Virus record (IMG/VR): IMGVR_UViG_3300048571_000060
Coordinates: 1 to 51,538 of that record
Length of the DNA: 51,538 bases
Direction: 5' to 3' (one strand)
Source: a virus
Taxonomy: Duplodnaviria > Caudoviricetes
Positions 1 through 7,710 of the stretch are shown in pieces (the first letter of the stretch is position 1; each line of letters begins with the position of its first letter). Position numbers and translations under genes: made by a program. Under the pieces are notes generated by a model. It made no database searches and was not told where the DNA came from. It worked only from the letters and a program-made list of their open reading frames with translations.

Positions 1-120
1 TCGTACAGTCGCAGAGTCCGACGCTCGTACAGTCGCAGAGCCCCACGCTTCAACAGTCGCAGAGTCCGACGCTCGTACAGTCGCAGAGTCCGACGCTCGT
101 ACAGTCGCAGAGCCCCACGC
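1..120. repeat. Terminal direct repeat (assembly overlap) identical to 51419-51538
   Basis: The same five 24-bp units occur in the same order at both ends. Confidence 0.9.
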
Positions 121-331
121 TTCAACAGTCGCAGAGCCCCACGCTTCAACAGTCGCAGAGTCCGACGCTCGTACAGTCGCAGAGCCCCACGCTTCAACAG
201 TCGCAGAGTCCGACGCTCGTACAGTCGCAGAGTCCGACGCTCGTACAGTCGCAGAGTCCGACGCTCGTACAGTCGCAGAGCCCCACGCTTCAACAGTCGC
301 AGAGTCCGACGCTCGTACAGTCGCAGAGTCC
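1..331. repeat. 24-bp tandem repeat array (13 full units plus a partial unit)
   Basis: Units are (tcgtac|ttcaac)agtcgcagag(tccgacgc|ccccacgc). There are no unique spacers. Confidence 0.97.
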
Positions 332-591
332 GTAATTAAATAACCTATATTTGTTGAAATATTAACATAGATTAAATGCTCATTACATAATTCTTGCCCC
401 AATTCAGCTAATAATGGACAGTCAATAACCTTGTTGTCACAGCAATAATTGAAATTATCAGTTATGACTTTAAATAACTCAGCAAATGTTTCAGACTTAA
501 ATGCTCTTTGATATTCTGATTGACACGCAGAAGCTTCTTTTGCTCTTTTTACGATTTCAGACTTAAAGTCTATAAATTTTTGGTTTTCCAT
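1..591 (-). CDS. 5' part of an octapeptide-repeat (probable beta-solenoid) protein that spans the contig junction; about 250 aa after trimming the 120-bp terminal overlap
   Basis: Not in the ORF track. ATG at 591 gives MENQKFIDFKSEIVKRAKEASACQSEY...GYLITD followed by SAT-VRASD / SAT-VEAWG units. The frame is open to base 1 and continues in frame at the window end. Confidence 0.85.
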   Translation of the reverse strand, partial: MENQKFIDFKSEIVKRAKEASACQSEYQRAFKSETFAELFKVITDNFNYCCDNKVIDCPLLAELGQELCNEHLIYVNISTNIGYLITDSATVRASDSATVEAWGSATVRASDSATVRASDSATVRASDSATVEAWGSATVRASDSATVEAWGSATVEAWGSATVRASDSATVRASDSATVEAWGSATVRASDSATVR

Positions 592-602
592 TGGTTCTAT
601 TT

Positions 603-929
603 TTATTTTGAGTTAATTATTTCTTCAATTGTGTCGTCTTTTTGTGGTATTTCTGTTTTAGGACATTCTCTATAGAAATAATGCAATGCGTGGTATAGTT
701 CAAAAGTTGCTTCTTCGCTTAAGGAGAGTCCTGTTGTTTTTACTTTTCCTTTGCAGGATAGATGGCTTTTGATTATACCTTTTCCAACTTCTTTAGTCAA
801 CGCCTTAAAAATCAAAACATTCTTTTTAGACAGATTACCAGTTTTCTTATTTGAAATTGGTTTAATAATATCAATACGTCTGTTGCTTGATTTTATTTTA
901 ACTCCATTATTGCTTACAGTTATTTTCAT
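603..929 (-). CDS. hypothetical protein
   Basis: 108-aa ORF tightly packed in the - strand operon. Confidence 0.7.
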   Translation of the reverse strand: MKITVSNNGVKIKSSNRRIDIIKPISNKKTGNLSKKNVLIFKALTKEVGKGIIKSHLSCKGKVKTTGLSLSEEATFELYHALHYFYRECPKTEIPQKDDTIEEIINSK

Positions 930-931
930 GA

Positions 932-1321
932 TTAATACATTATTAGTTTAACATTATTTAAAGCGCAGAACACTTCTGCCTGGCTATGTAACTGGTCAAT
1001 GTAGAATTTGTCGTCTCCGTAGTCAACGTCTTTGTTGCTGAACTTTTGCACGTAAGATAAAAAACCTTGCAACTCGTCATTGATACAAAGCACACCAATA
1101 ATATCAATACCAGCGATTTCAATTAGATGGTTAGTGTTTGATAGGTTTACTGTTAGATTTAGGTAAAAGAATTTGTCTTTTAGAGTTGCAAGTGCGCCGC
1201 TCTTAAATTCTACTTGTTTTATAATAACGCGGTTTTCGTCATATTCAATGAATGCTAACAGACCGCCATACCAAGCATATAAGCTAATGGTTCGTTCGTC
1301 AAAATTGTGGTTTACTTTCAT
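932..1321 (-). CDS. hypothetical protein (probable start MKVNHNF at 1321)
   Basis: ORF-track entry 932..1381; the internal ATG has an AT-rich leader. Confidence 0.6.
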   Translation of the reverse strand: MKVNHNFDERTISLYAWYGGLLAFIEYDENRVIIKQVEFKSGALATLKDKFFYLNLTVNLSNTNHLIEIAGIDIIGVLCINDELQGFLSYVQKFSNKDVDYGDDKFYIDQLHSQAEVFCALNNVKLIMY

Positions 1322-1381
1322 AATGTTTTTAGTTATATCTACGGAGCAAATGTAAGACGTTTTTTCGTTCCACCAAAACAT

Positions 1382-2261
1382 TTCGCAAAAATCTGATAAA
1401 AAATGTGAAAGTTATATCAATTGCGGTTTTTTTATCGAGTTAAAAACACTTCACGACGATATAACGATTCAGTGTGATTGATTGCGAAGATGACTATAAA
1501 GTTATATCGTGTTTTTAAAACCATGTCAGATTCACAATACCACAATTCCGACGCTTGGCAAAGGTTTTTTTGTTATATCGTTAGTCTGGGTCGATTTTTG
1601 AACCTTTCACAACGCCGGCAATCAACCGGAAATACCCGGCAAGAAGACGTTACATAGCAGTTGATGTAGTGAAATGGAGTTGCGTGGCCATCTACTACTA
1701 CGACATCCGGCCGCTAGGCACGGTACCGGAAGGCGTTACATAGCAGTAGGTGGAGTGAATCTCTAGAGAAGTTACCAGGCTAATACTATAGGTAGAATCT
1801 CCACTACTACTCCACTGACCAACCCCTCCATAACCGCACACACAGGCCTGGTGTCGTAGTAGTTGAACAAAACGCCTACTCCACTAACTACAACAACTCA
1901 TTGATACCTAGATAGATAGATGACTTAAACCTACTACTACCTACTCCACTGATGAGTTATATCTATCACGACCGATATAACTAATAAGACGACTGACTCA
2001 GTGGCAAGTGTTGTCTTATTGTCTGAATGATATAACTATCACAACTAACTGTCTGAATCGTTTAGTTACTTTGCTCGATTTCCTGTTTGGTCGCAATATG
2101 TTACGCACTTCAATTCACATCAACTGAGCACAGATTTCAGCCTTGTTATGTAGACCGTTAAGAATTTTTGTATATTTGTAAAAATAACAAAATTATCAAC
2201 GTCCGGCACGCCTTTAACCACGAGTCTTCCGGTCATTACGTAACCAAACATAACCAAATCA
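1382..2261. other. Large non-coding, repeat-rich region between the divergent gene blocks; candidate cos/packaging site and/or replication origin
   Basis: No ORF of 60 aa or more. It holds 7 copies of GTTATATC/GATATAAC, 3 of CTACTCCACT and 2 of CGTTACATAGCAGT, and lies directly upstream of terS. Confidence 0.55.
2171..2178 (+). promoter_or_regulatory. Bacteroidota-type -7 promoter element (TATATTTG) upstream of terS
   Basis: Matches the TAnnTTTG consensus, 83 nt before the ATG at 2262. Confidence 0.5.
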
Positions 2262-2933
2262 ATGGCAGACTTGAATAAAGAAGAGTTCGCGGCAATGTGT
2301 CATACCACTGTTGCAATCATCAACACAAACATCAATCGTGAAAAGATTGTGTATGATAAAAAGGCAAAATTAATTGATTCAGACGACCCATTAAACAAAG
2401 CATTTTTCAGAAAGTATATGTCAATGTCTGAACAGAAAAAGATTAGAGTTCCAAAAGATGAAGACATAGCAAAACTGTATGACAAAGTGGTTCAAAAAGC
2501 CACTGCTGATGTTGAAACACAACAAAAAGAAACCAAACGAGCCAAGCAACACGACAAGTCACAGAAGAATGTTGACATGGCTGAACGTAAATTGGCCGCT
2601 GATACGCTGTTACAGGAAGCGAAAGCAGAAAAGGAACAAATGAACCTTCAAAAACTGGCTGGTAAATTAATTCCGGTTGATTTAGTGTTTGCGATTTTAA
2701 ACATTCACAATCACGACATATTTGCCACTTTTCAAAACGACGTTGAAAACCTTGCATCAGTGTACTGCGATATCTTGGCAGGCGGTGACCGTAAAAGACT
2801 GGCAGAGATAACGGGTAAGTTGAGTGAAAAGCTAAATGATTCAGTAACTCGCGCAAAGGATGTGGCGTTATCAAGTTTAGAAAATGCAATTGAAGATTAC
2901 CGTGAAACAAGAAGCCGCGGTGAAAGTAAATAA
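2262..2933 (+). CDS. terS: terminase small subunit (lambda Nu1-like)
   Basis: N-terminal HTH-like segment, coiled coil ending in 'GKLIPVD', position upstream of terL. Confidence 0.75.
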   Translation: MADLNKEEFAAMCHTTVAIINTNINREKIVYDKKAKLIDSDDPLNKAFFRKYMSMSEQKKIRVPKDEDIAKLYDKVVQKATADVETQQKETKRAKQHDKSQKNVDMAERKLAADTLLQEAKAEKEQMNLQKLAGKLIPVDLVFAILNIHNHDIFATFQNDVENLASVYCDILAGGDRKRLAEITGKLSEKLNDSVTRAKDVALSSLENAIEDYRETRSRGESK

Positions 2934-2934
2934 A

Positions 2935-2960
2935 AGGAAAGCTGATGCCTGAAGTAAGCA
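2935..2960 (+). promoter_or_regulatory. 26-bp leader element, copy 1 (AGGAAAGCTGATGCCTGAAGTAAGCA)
   Basis: Exact inverted copy at 47826-47851; both copies end 20 nt before an ATG. Confidence 0.6.
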
Positions 2961-2980
2961 TAAATTTAATTTAAAAAATC

Positions 2981-3220
2981 ATGAGTAAAACTATTGGAGA
3001 AAAAAGGGTGAGAACAGATTTCAACCCTGGCAACAATGACACGGTTCAAAATTTAAAAGAAAAATTCGCTCATCTAATTAATGATGTTGAAGAATTAAAA
3101 TCATTTAAAGTACCTGGTCCAGGCCCAACAACTGACGGTGAAAAATTACGTTTGATTTCACTTGCTCAAACGGCGCTTGAAGAAGCGTGTATGTGGACAG
3201 TGAAAGCCGCTACGGCTTAA
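2981..3220 (+). CDS. Acb2/Tad1-like helical-hairpin protein (putative anti-defence nucleotide sponge)
   Basis: 79 aa. The C-terminal RLISLAQTALEEACMWTVKAAT resembles the RxxSLAxTxLEEAxMW motif of the Acb2/Tad1 hairpin family. Confidence 0.6.
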   Translation: MSKTIGEKRVRTDFNPGNNDTVQNLKEKFAHLINDVEELKSFKVPGPGPTTDGEKLRLISLAQTALEEACMWTVKAATA

Positions 3221-3229
3221 TTGACTTTA

Positions 3230-3264
3230 AAGGGCGGGGTATATTACTCGCCCTTATTTTTTTT
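3230..3264 (+). terminator. intrinsic terminator after the Acb2/Tad1-like gene
   Basis: AAGGGCGG.../...CTCGCCCTT stem followed by a T8 tract. Confidence 0.65.
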
Positions 3265-3273
3265 GAAGAAATT

Positions 3274-5331
3274 ATGGGAATAGAAGATATTTGGCTTGAT
3301 AAGATGCGTGATTTTCACGACAAACTATACCAATATAAGACGGTTAAAGCAGTACCGTCTGAGTGGGTTGAAAAAAACATTATACTAACAAATGAGGTTT
3401 CAAGATTCAGCGGACGATTTAGCTACGACCTGTCGCCATACGCTCGTGAAATTATTGACCATTTACATCCATCCAACCCGTCCAGAGTTGTGACGGTAAT
3501 GAAGGGGGCTCAATCAGGAATTACGCAAGGGGTAATCGTGCCTGGTATGGCGTGGATTATTGATGAGCATCCTGACAATTTTTTATTCACTGCTTCAGAC
3601 AAAGAGATAGCCAAAAAAACCATCGTACAACGTTTTGACCCACTGATGCGTTCAAGCGGACTAAGTCATTTGATTAGACCAAATGTCATACGAGCAAAAG
3701 GCCAGCGTTCAGGTGACACTGACTTTTCAAAAGAGTTTGCTGGCGGAAATGCAATCATCGAGGGAACGAACAATGCAGGTAAGTTCAGGTTCTTTTCTGT
3801 GAAAACTGTTTTTATGGATGATTTCGATAACGCACCTAGAGCCGATAAGACAGAGGGGTCAATTCGTAAGCTGGTTGAGGGACGTCAAACTTCATACGGT
3901 AATTTGGCGAAAACTTATTATGTGAGTACACCAACAATCACGCAGACATCAAATGTTTATGAGATGTATATGCAAGGCGACCAAAGGAAATGGCATTGGC
4001 CCTGTCCTGATTGTGGTGTTTATGTGCCAAGTGAATGGCAAATTAAACTTGAAGACGGCAGTTATGCTGGAATCGTTTGGGAATTGGACGAGCAAGACAG
4101 GTTAATTAAATCAAGTGTGGCGTTTAGATGTCCAGAATGCGGCTACAGAATCACGAATCAAGAGAAGCATGATTTGAATATATTGGGAAAATGGATACCT
4201 ACTGCTGAGCCAGAGGATGATACGATAATAAGTTACTACATGAACTCACTAATTATTCCGCCGGGCTTTATTAATTGGGTTGATTTGGTTAAGGAGTGGC
4301 TGAAAGCAGTACCGCCAAAGGGGAAAATCAATGTTGATTTGCTGAAAGTTTTCAACAACGTTCGTCTTGGTTTGCCGTTTGAGGAGATTGGTGAGATTCC
4401 AAAAATCATGCAGTTAATGGAAAACGTTCGTGATTATAAATTGGGTTACATTCCTGATGTGACTTCTGAAAAGGATGGCAACGGTGAGATTGTTTTGATA
4501 ACGTTAGCGGCTGACTTAGGTGGTATTATGAATAGTGAAGTTGAGGACGTTCGAATTGACTGGGAGATTGTAGCCTGGTCAGCCAACGGAGCAAGATACG
4601 GAATCAATCAGGGAAGCTGTGGTACTTTTAAACGTAACTTCAAGAAAAACAAAAAAGAAAAGGATGATGATTTTGACCGTGAAAGATATACTTATATGCA
4701 CGGAATGAAAAACAGCGTTTGGCCGTTGCTTGAGGAAATTATCAAAGGCGATATACCAAGTGAATCAGGTAATACCTACAATGTGAAGTTGAGTTTGGTT
4801 GATACCGGACACTTTACACAACAGGCCTATCAGTTTGTTAAGTCGTGTCACAGCGGAGCCAATTGGGTTTTTGGTGTTAAAGGTGTGCCTGAACAAAATT
4901 ACAGACGTGATTCAAAAGATGTGGCCGCTGTTAAGAAATCACCCAACGTTGCCAATTTATATTTGCTTGATGTTGAACAGCTGAAAGATAAATTAGCCGC
5001 CAATATGAAGTTACGTTTGAGTGATGACGGAACGCAAGAGGATGGCTTTATGAATTTCCCACAACCTGAAAAAGGAAAGTATTCGTTGAAAGGATATTTC
5101 AAACATTTTGAAAGTGAGACACGAAAAGAAAAAACTGAAAACGGAGAATCAGTTGGCTTTAAATGGGAAAAGAAAAACTCAACAGTTGAAAATCACTTTT
5201 GGGATATAAGTGTGTATAACGATGCGGCGCGATATGTGTTTATAGATTTAATCAAACGCACGAATCCAACCAAATACAAAGACTTGAATTGGGCCACGCT
5301 TGTTGAGTTGGTTTTAGGTTTTGCAAAATAA
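3274..5331 (+). CDS. terL: terminase large subunit (lambda GpA family); probable start MGIEDIW at 3274
   Basis: Walker A 'VMKGAQSGIT', Walker B 'VFMDDFD', 'VSTPT', CPxCG zinc knuckles, C-terminal 'NHFWD'. Confidence 0.93.
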   Translation: MGIEDIWLDKMRDFHDKLYQYKTVKAVPSEWVEKNIILTNEVSRFSGRFSYDLSPYAREIIDHLHPSNPSRVVTVMKGAQSGITQGVIVPGMAWIIDEHPDNFLFTASDKEIAKKTIVQRFDPLMRSSGLSHLIRPNVIRAKGQRSGDTDFSKEFAGGNAIIEGTNNAGKFRFFSVKTVFMDDFDNAPRADKTEGSIRKLVEGRQTSYGNLAKTYYVSTPTITQTSNVYEMYMQGDQRKWHWPCPDCGVYVPSEWQIKLEDGSYAGIVWELDEQDRLIKSSVAFRCPECGYRITNQEKHDLNILGKWIPTAEPEDDTIISYYMNSLIIPPGFINWVDLVKEWLKAVPPKGKINVDLLKVFNNVRLGLPFEEIGEIPKIMQLMENVRDYKLGYIPDVTSEKDGNGEIVLITLAADLGGIMNSEVEDVRIDWEIVAWSANGARYGINQGSCGTFKRNFKKNKKEKDDDFDRERYTYMHGMKNSVWPLLEEIIKGDIPSESGNTYNVKLSLVDTGHFTQQAYQFVKSCHSGANWVFGVKGVPEQNYRRDSKDVAAVKKSPNVANLYLLDVEQLKDKLAANMKLRLSDDGTQEDGFMNFPQPEKGKYSLKGYFKHFESETRKEKTENGESVGFKWEKKNSTVENHFWDISVYNDAARYVFIDLIKRTNPTKYKDLNWATLVELVLGFAK

Positions 5332-5398
5332 ATTTGGTTGAATGAAATCTTTTTGTAAATTAGCATTGAAGTAATAAAATTTTTTTCATGATGATGTG

Positions 5399-5434
5399 AA
5401 AAGACCCAGATAAAATTATTCTGGGTCTTTTTTT
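5399..5434 (+). terminator. intrinsic terminator after terL
   Basis: 12-bp inverted repeat AAAAGACCCAGA/TCTGGGTCTTTT plus T tract. Confidence 0.8.
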
Positions 5435-5464
5435 GATTAGTTGATACCTTTTTTTGTAAGTTTG
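5432..5464 (+). promoter_or_regulatory. Bacteroidota sigma-A-type promoter (TTTG-N21-TAAGTTTG) for the head genes
   Basis: Matches the -33/-7 consensus; ends 7 nt before the ATG at 5472. Confidence 0.6.
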
Positions 5465-5471
5465 TGAGATT

Positions 5472-5759
5472 ATGGAATGCACTGTCAAAGAATATATTCA
5501 ATCCAAAGCCAGTCTTGATTTAAAGATTGCCGCAATAACGTCGCTGATAGACAACATGCTACTTTCAGCCATTGACGCTATCGATACCAGCGGAACTGCT
5601 TCATATAGTATGGACGACGGTCAAATGAAAGTGACGACTGAATATCGTAGCATAGAACAAATCACGAAAGGAATTTTAGCTCTTGAAAAAATTCAACAAG
5701 TATATATCAACAGACGAAACGGATACGTTACGGTTCTACGAAGCCGCTTAAATTATTAA
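5472..5759 (+). CDS. head-to-tail joining protein (lambda gpW-like)
   Basis: Small helix-hairpin-helix protein ('SYSMDDGQMKVTTEYRS') between terL and portal. Confidence 0.65.
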   Translation: MECTVKEYIQSKASLDLKIAAITSLIDNMLLSAIDAIDTSGTASYSMDDGQMKVTTEYRSIEQITKGILALEKIQQVYINRRNGYVTVLRSRLNY

Positions 5760-5762
5760 AAT

Positions 5763-7391
5763 ATGAATTTAAAATTTTGGCAAAAAAAGCCCACAAAAGT
5801 AACAGCTGAATTGGTTGACGAGCAAATGTCGTCATCACAACCAAGTTCAGTCCTGTTTATAGGTGGAGGGCGGGTTGGATATAATCCAATTTTGCATGAC
5901 GTCTTTGATGGAGAAAAAACGCCAGGTGAACTTGGTGCCGTTTATGACACGTTGCCTGACCATTTAAGGTTGAGACTTCGTGCTTATGATATGAATTTGA
6001 AAACTGACATTATCAAAATCATAACAGGAAAATTCTTCAAATGGGTCATTGGTAGTGGCTTAAAACTTCAAGCCGAGCCAGATGAAAATGTTTTATCGAT
6101 GAGCGGTATTACAATTGATGCGGCAAAATTCAAAAAAGATGTTGAAGGACTGTTTAATTTATACTCAAGTTCTAAATATAGTGACTATCATCAAAAAGAT
6201 TGGCTTCATGAAAAGGCATCAGATGCTTTTAAAACCAGCTTTTTAGGTGGTGACTGTTTATGTGTAATTAGATTTAACAAATACGGACCAAACATTCAAG
6301 TAATTGACGGTCAACAAGTGTCGACGCCATTTGATGAAAAAGGAAAGGTAGAAGGAAATATTATTAAAGCCGGAATTGAGCTGGATAAGTCAGGAAAACA
6401 CGTGGCATTTTGGGTTTCGGCCTGTAAAGATGAAACTGGTTCCATTGGACATACTAGAATTGAAGCAGAAAACTCAAACGGGAACTTGGTGGCGTGGATG
6501 ATTTACGGAAACAAAGAACGTATTGACCATCACAGAGGTATTCCAATGATTTCGTCAATTCTTGAAAAAGTTGCCAAGCTGGACAGATTTGTTGAAGCGT
6601 CTGTAAGTAAAGCAGAGCAAACAGCGAATGTCGTTTACGCATTTAAGCACAAATCAGAATCAACAGGTGAAAACATATTAACTCAATCATTAAGTTCAAA
6701 AAGAAACGACGGTGATGCAGAGGAATCAGTGTATGAAAAATCAGGTCGTACGGCGGCAATGTTACGCCAAACAACTTCATCAACAGTTTTAAACTTAACG
6801 CCTGACAGTGAATTACAGGCTTTAGCTAATGCAGGTGAAACATCGTTTAATGAATTTTTTAGAGCGATTTTTGTGTGCTTATGTGCATCAATTGACATAC
6901 CTGAGGAAGTTGCTTTACAAAAATACGAACAAAATTATTCAAGTTCTCGTGCCGCGATTAACGGTTGGGAACATATTGTTGAAATCTATCGTCAAAAATT
7001 TTCAAAAAAGTTCTACGAACCGTTTTACAGAGCTTGGCTTGAATGGCAAATCCTTACTGATAAGATTTCAGACGACGGATTCTTACGTGCAAAAGCTGAA
7101 GATGATGTTATGGCGATGGAAGCTTATTTCAATGCACGATTTACAGGCAAGAAAATGCCACATATTGACCCACTAAAAGAAGCGAAAGCGATTAGAGCCA
7201 TGCTTGGTGAAGACGTTACTGCTTTAATCAGTTTTGAACAAGCTACTGAAATGCTTGGCGCTGGAGATTGGATGTCAAATTACAAAAAATTCCTTGAGGA
7301 ACGAAAAATCGCACCTTTACCAATAGTAGAAAATGAAACAGACAAAAACAACGGCAAAAAACCAAGCGTGGGCTCAGCACCTAAGAAGTAG
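5763..7391 (+). CDS. portal protein (lambda gpB family)
   Basis: 'LRLRAYD', 'VIGSGLKL', 'RGIP', 'NYSSSRA' and 'HIDPLKE' motifs. Confidence 0.92.
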   Translation: MNLKFWQKKPTKVTAELVDEQMSSSQPSSVLFIGGGRVGYNPILHDVFDGEKTPGELGAVYDTLPDHLRLRLRAYDMNLKTDIIKIITGKFFKWVIGSGLKLQAEPDENVLSMSGITIDAAKFKKDVEGLFNLYSSSKYSDYHQKDWLHEKASDAFKTSFLGGDCLCVIRFNKYGPNIQVIDGQQVSTPFDEKGKVEGNIIKAGIELDKSGKHVAFWVSACKDETGSIGHTRIEAENSNGNLVAWMIYGNKERIDHHRGIPMISSILEKVAKLDRFVEASVSKAEQTANVVYAFKHKSESTGENILTQSLSSKRNDGDAEESVYEKSGRTAAMLRQTTSSTVLNLTPDSELQALANAGETSFNEFFRAIFVCLCASIDIPEEVALQKYEQNYSSSRAAINGWEHIVEIYRQKFSKKFYEPFYRAWLEWQILTDKISDDGFLRAKAEDDVMAMEAYFNARFTGKKMPHIDPLKEAKAIRAMLGEDVTALISFEQATEMLGAGDWMSNYKKFLEERKIAPLPIVENETDKNNGKKPSVGSAPKK

Positions 7392-7698
7392 AGTAGGCGA
7401 TACTGTATCGCATCTAGATTCGACTTGGATAAACTTGAACGGCAAAAATTCAGAACCAAGTATTGGTGATGATTGGTTAATGGTTGAACCGCCAGCCAGC
7501 GGTGCTGGTTTTGTGCAATATAAACAGACATTTGTATCAGCAGGTGCGCCATTCAACATAACTGCTGGAGCGACCGTCTTATTTGCAACTATAAACCAAG
7601 TACCAACATTTAATTTTAGTCAAGTAGGCGTCGTGGTAACAGTTGCTGACGCTATCGCAGATGATACTGTTGATTTTTACGGAACAATAAACATATAA
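7333..7698 (+). CDS. hypothetical virion-associated protein with a possible carbohydrate-binding-like N-terminus
   Basis: W...VGDTVSH...W...NSEP...DW pattern; overlaps the end of portal. Confidence 0.5.
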   Translation: MKQTKTTAKNQAWAQHLRSRVGDTVSHLDSTWINLNGKNSEPSIGDDWLMVEPPASGAGFVQYKQTFVSAGAPFNITAGATVLFATINQVPTFNFSQVGVVVTVADAIADDTVDFYGTINI

Positions 7699-7710
7699 AA
7701 CCAAAATAAC

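Noticed and set aside
1-331. CRISPR array
   Set aside because: Units are contiguous with only two alternating variants and no unique spacers. The period is a multiple of 3 inside an open reading frame, and there are no cas genes.
1-331. TCGCAGAG in the repeat units matches part of the early promoter motif (possible decoy binding array)
   Set aside because: The match is only 8-9 bp, is explained by Ser-Ala codons, and is absent from promoter copy 2.
1949-1990. Hammerhead ribozyme (CTGATGA followed by a stem)
   Set aside because: The stem is followed by TAATA instead of the required GAAA, and stems I and III are not evident.
3187-3273. N-terminal extension of terL given in the ORF track
   Set aside because: It overlaps the upstream gene and crosses a terminator hairpin; the ATG at 3274 is more plausible.
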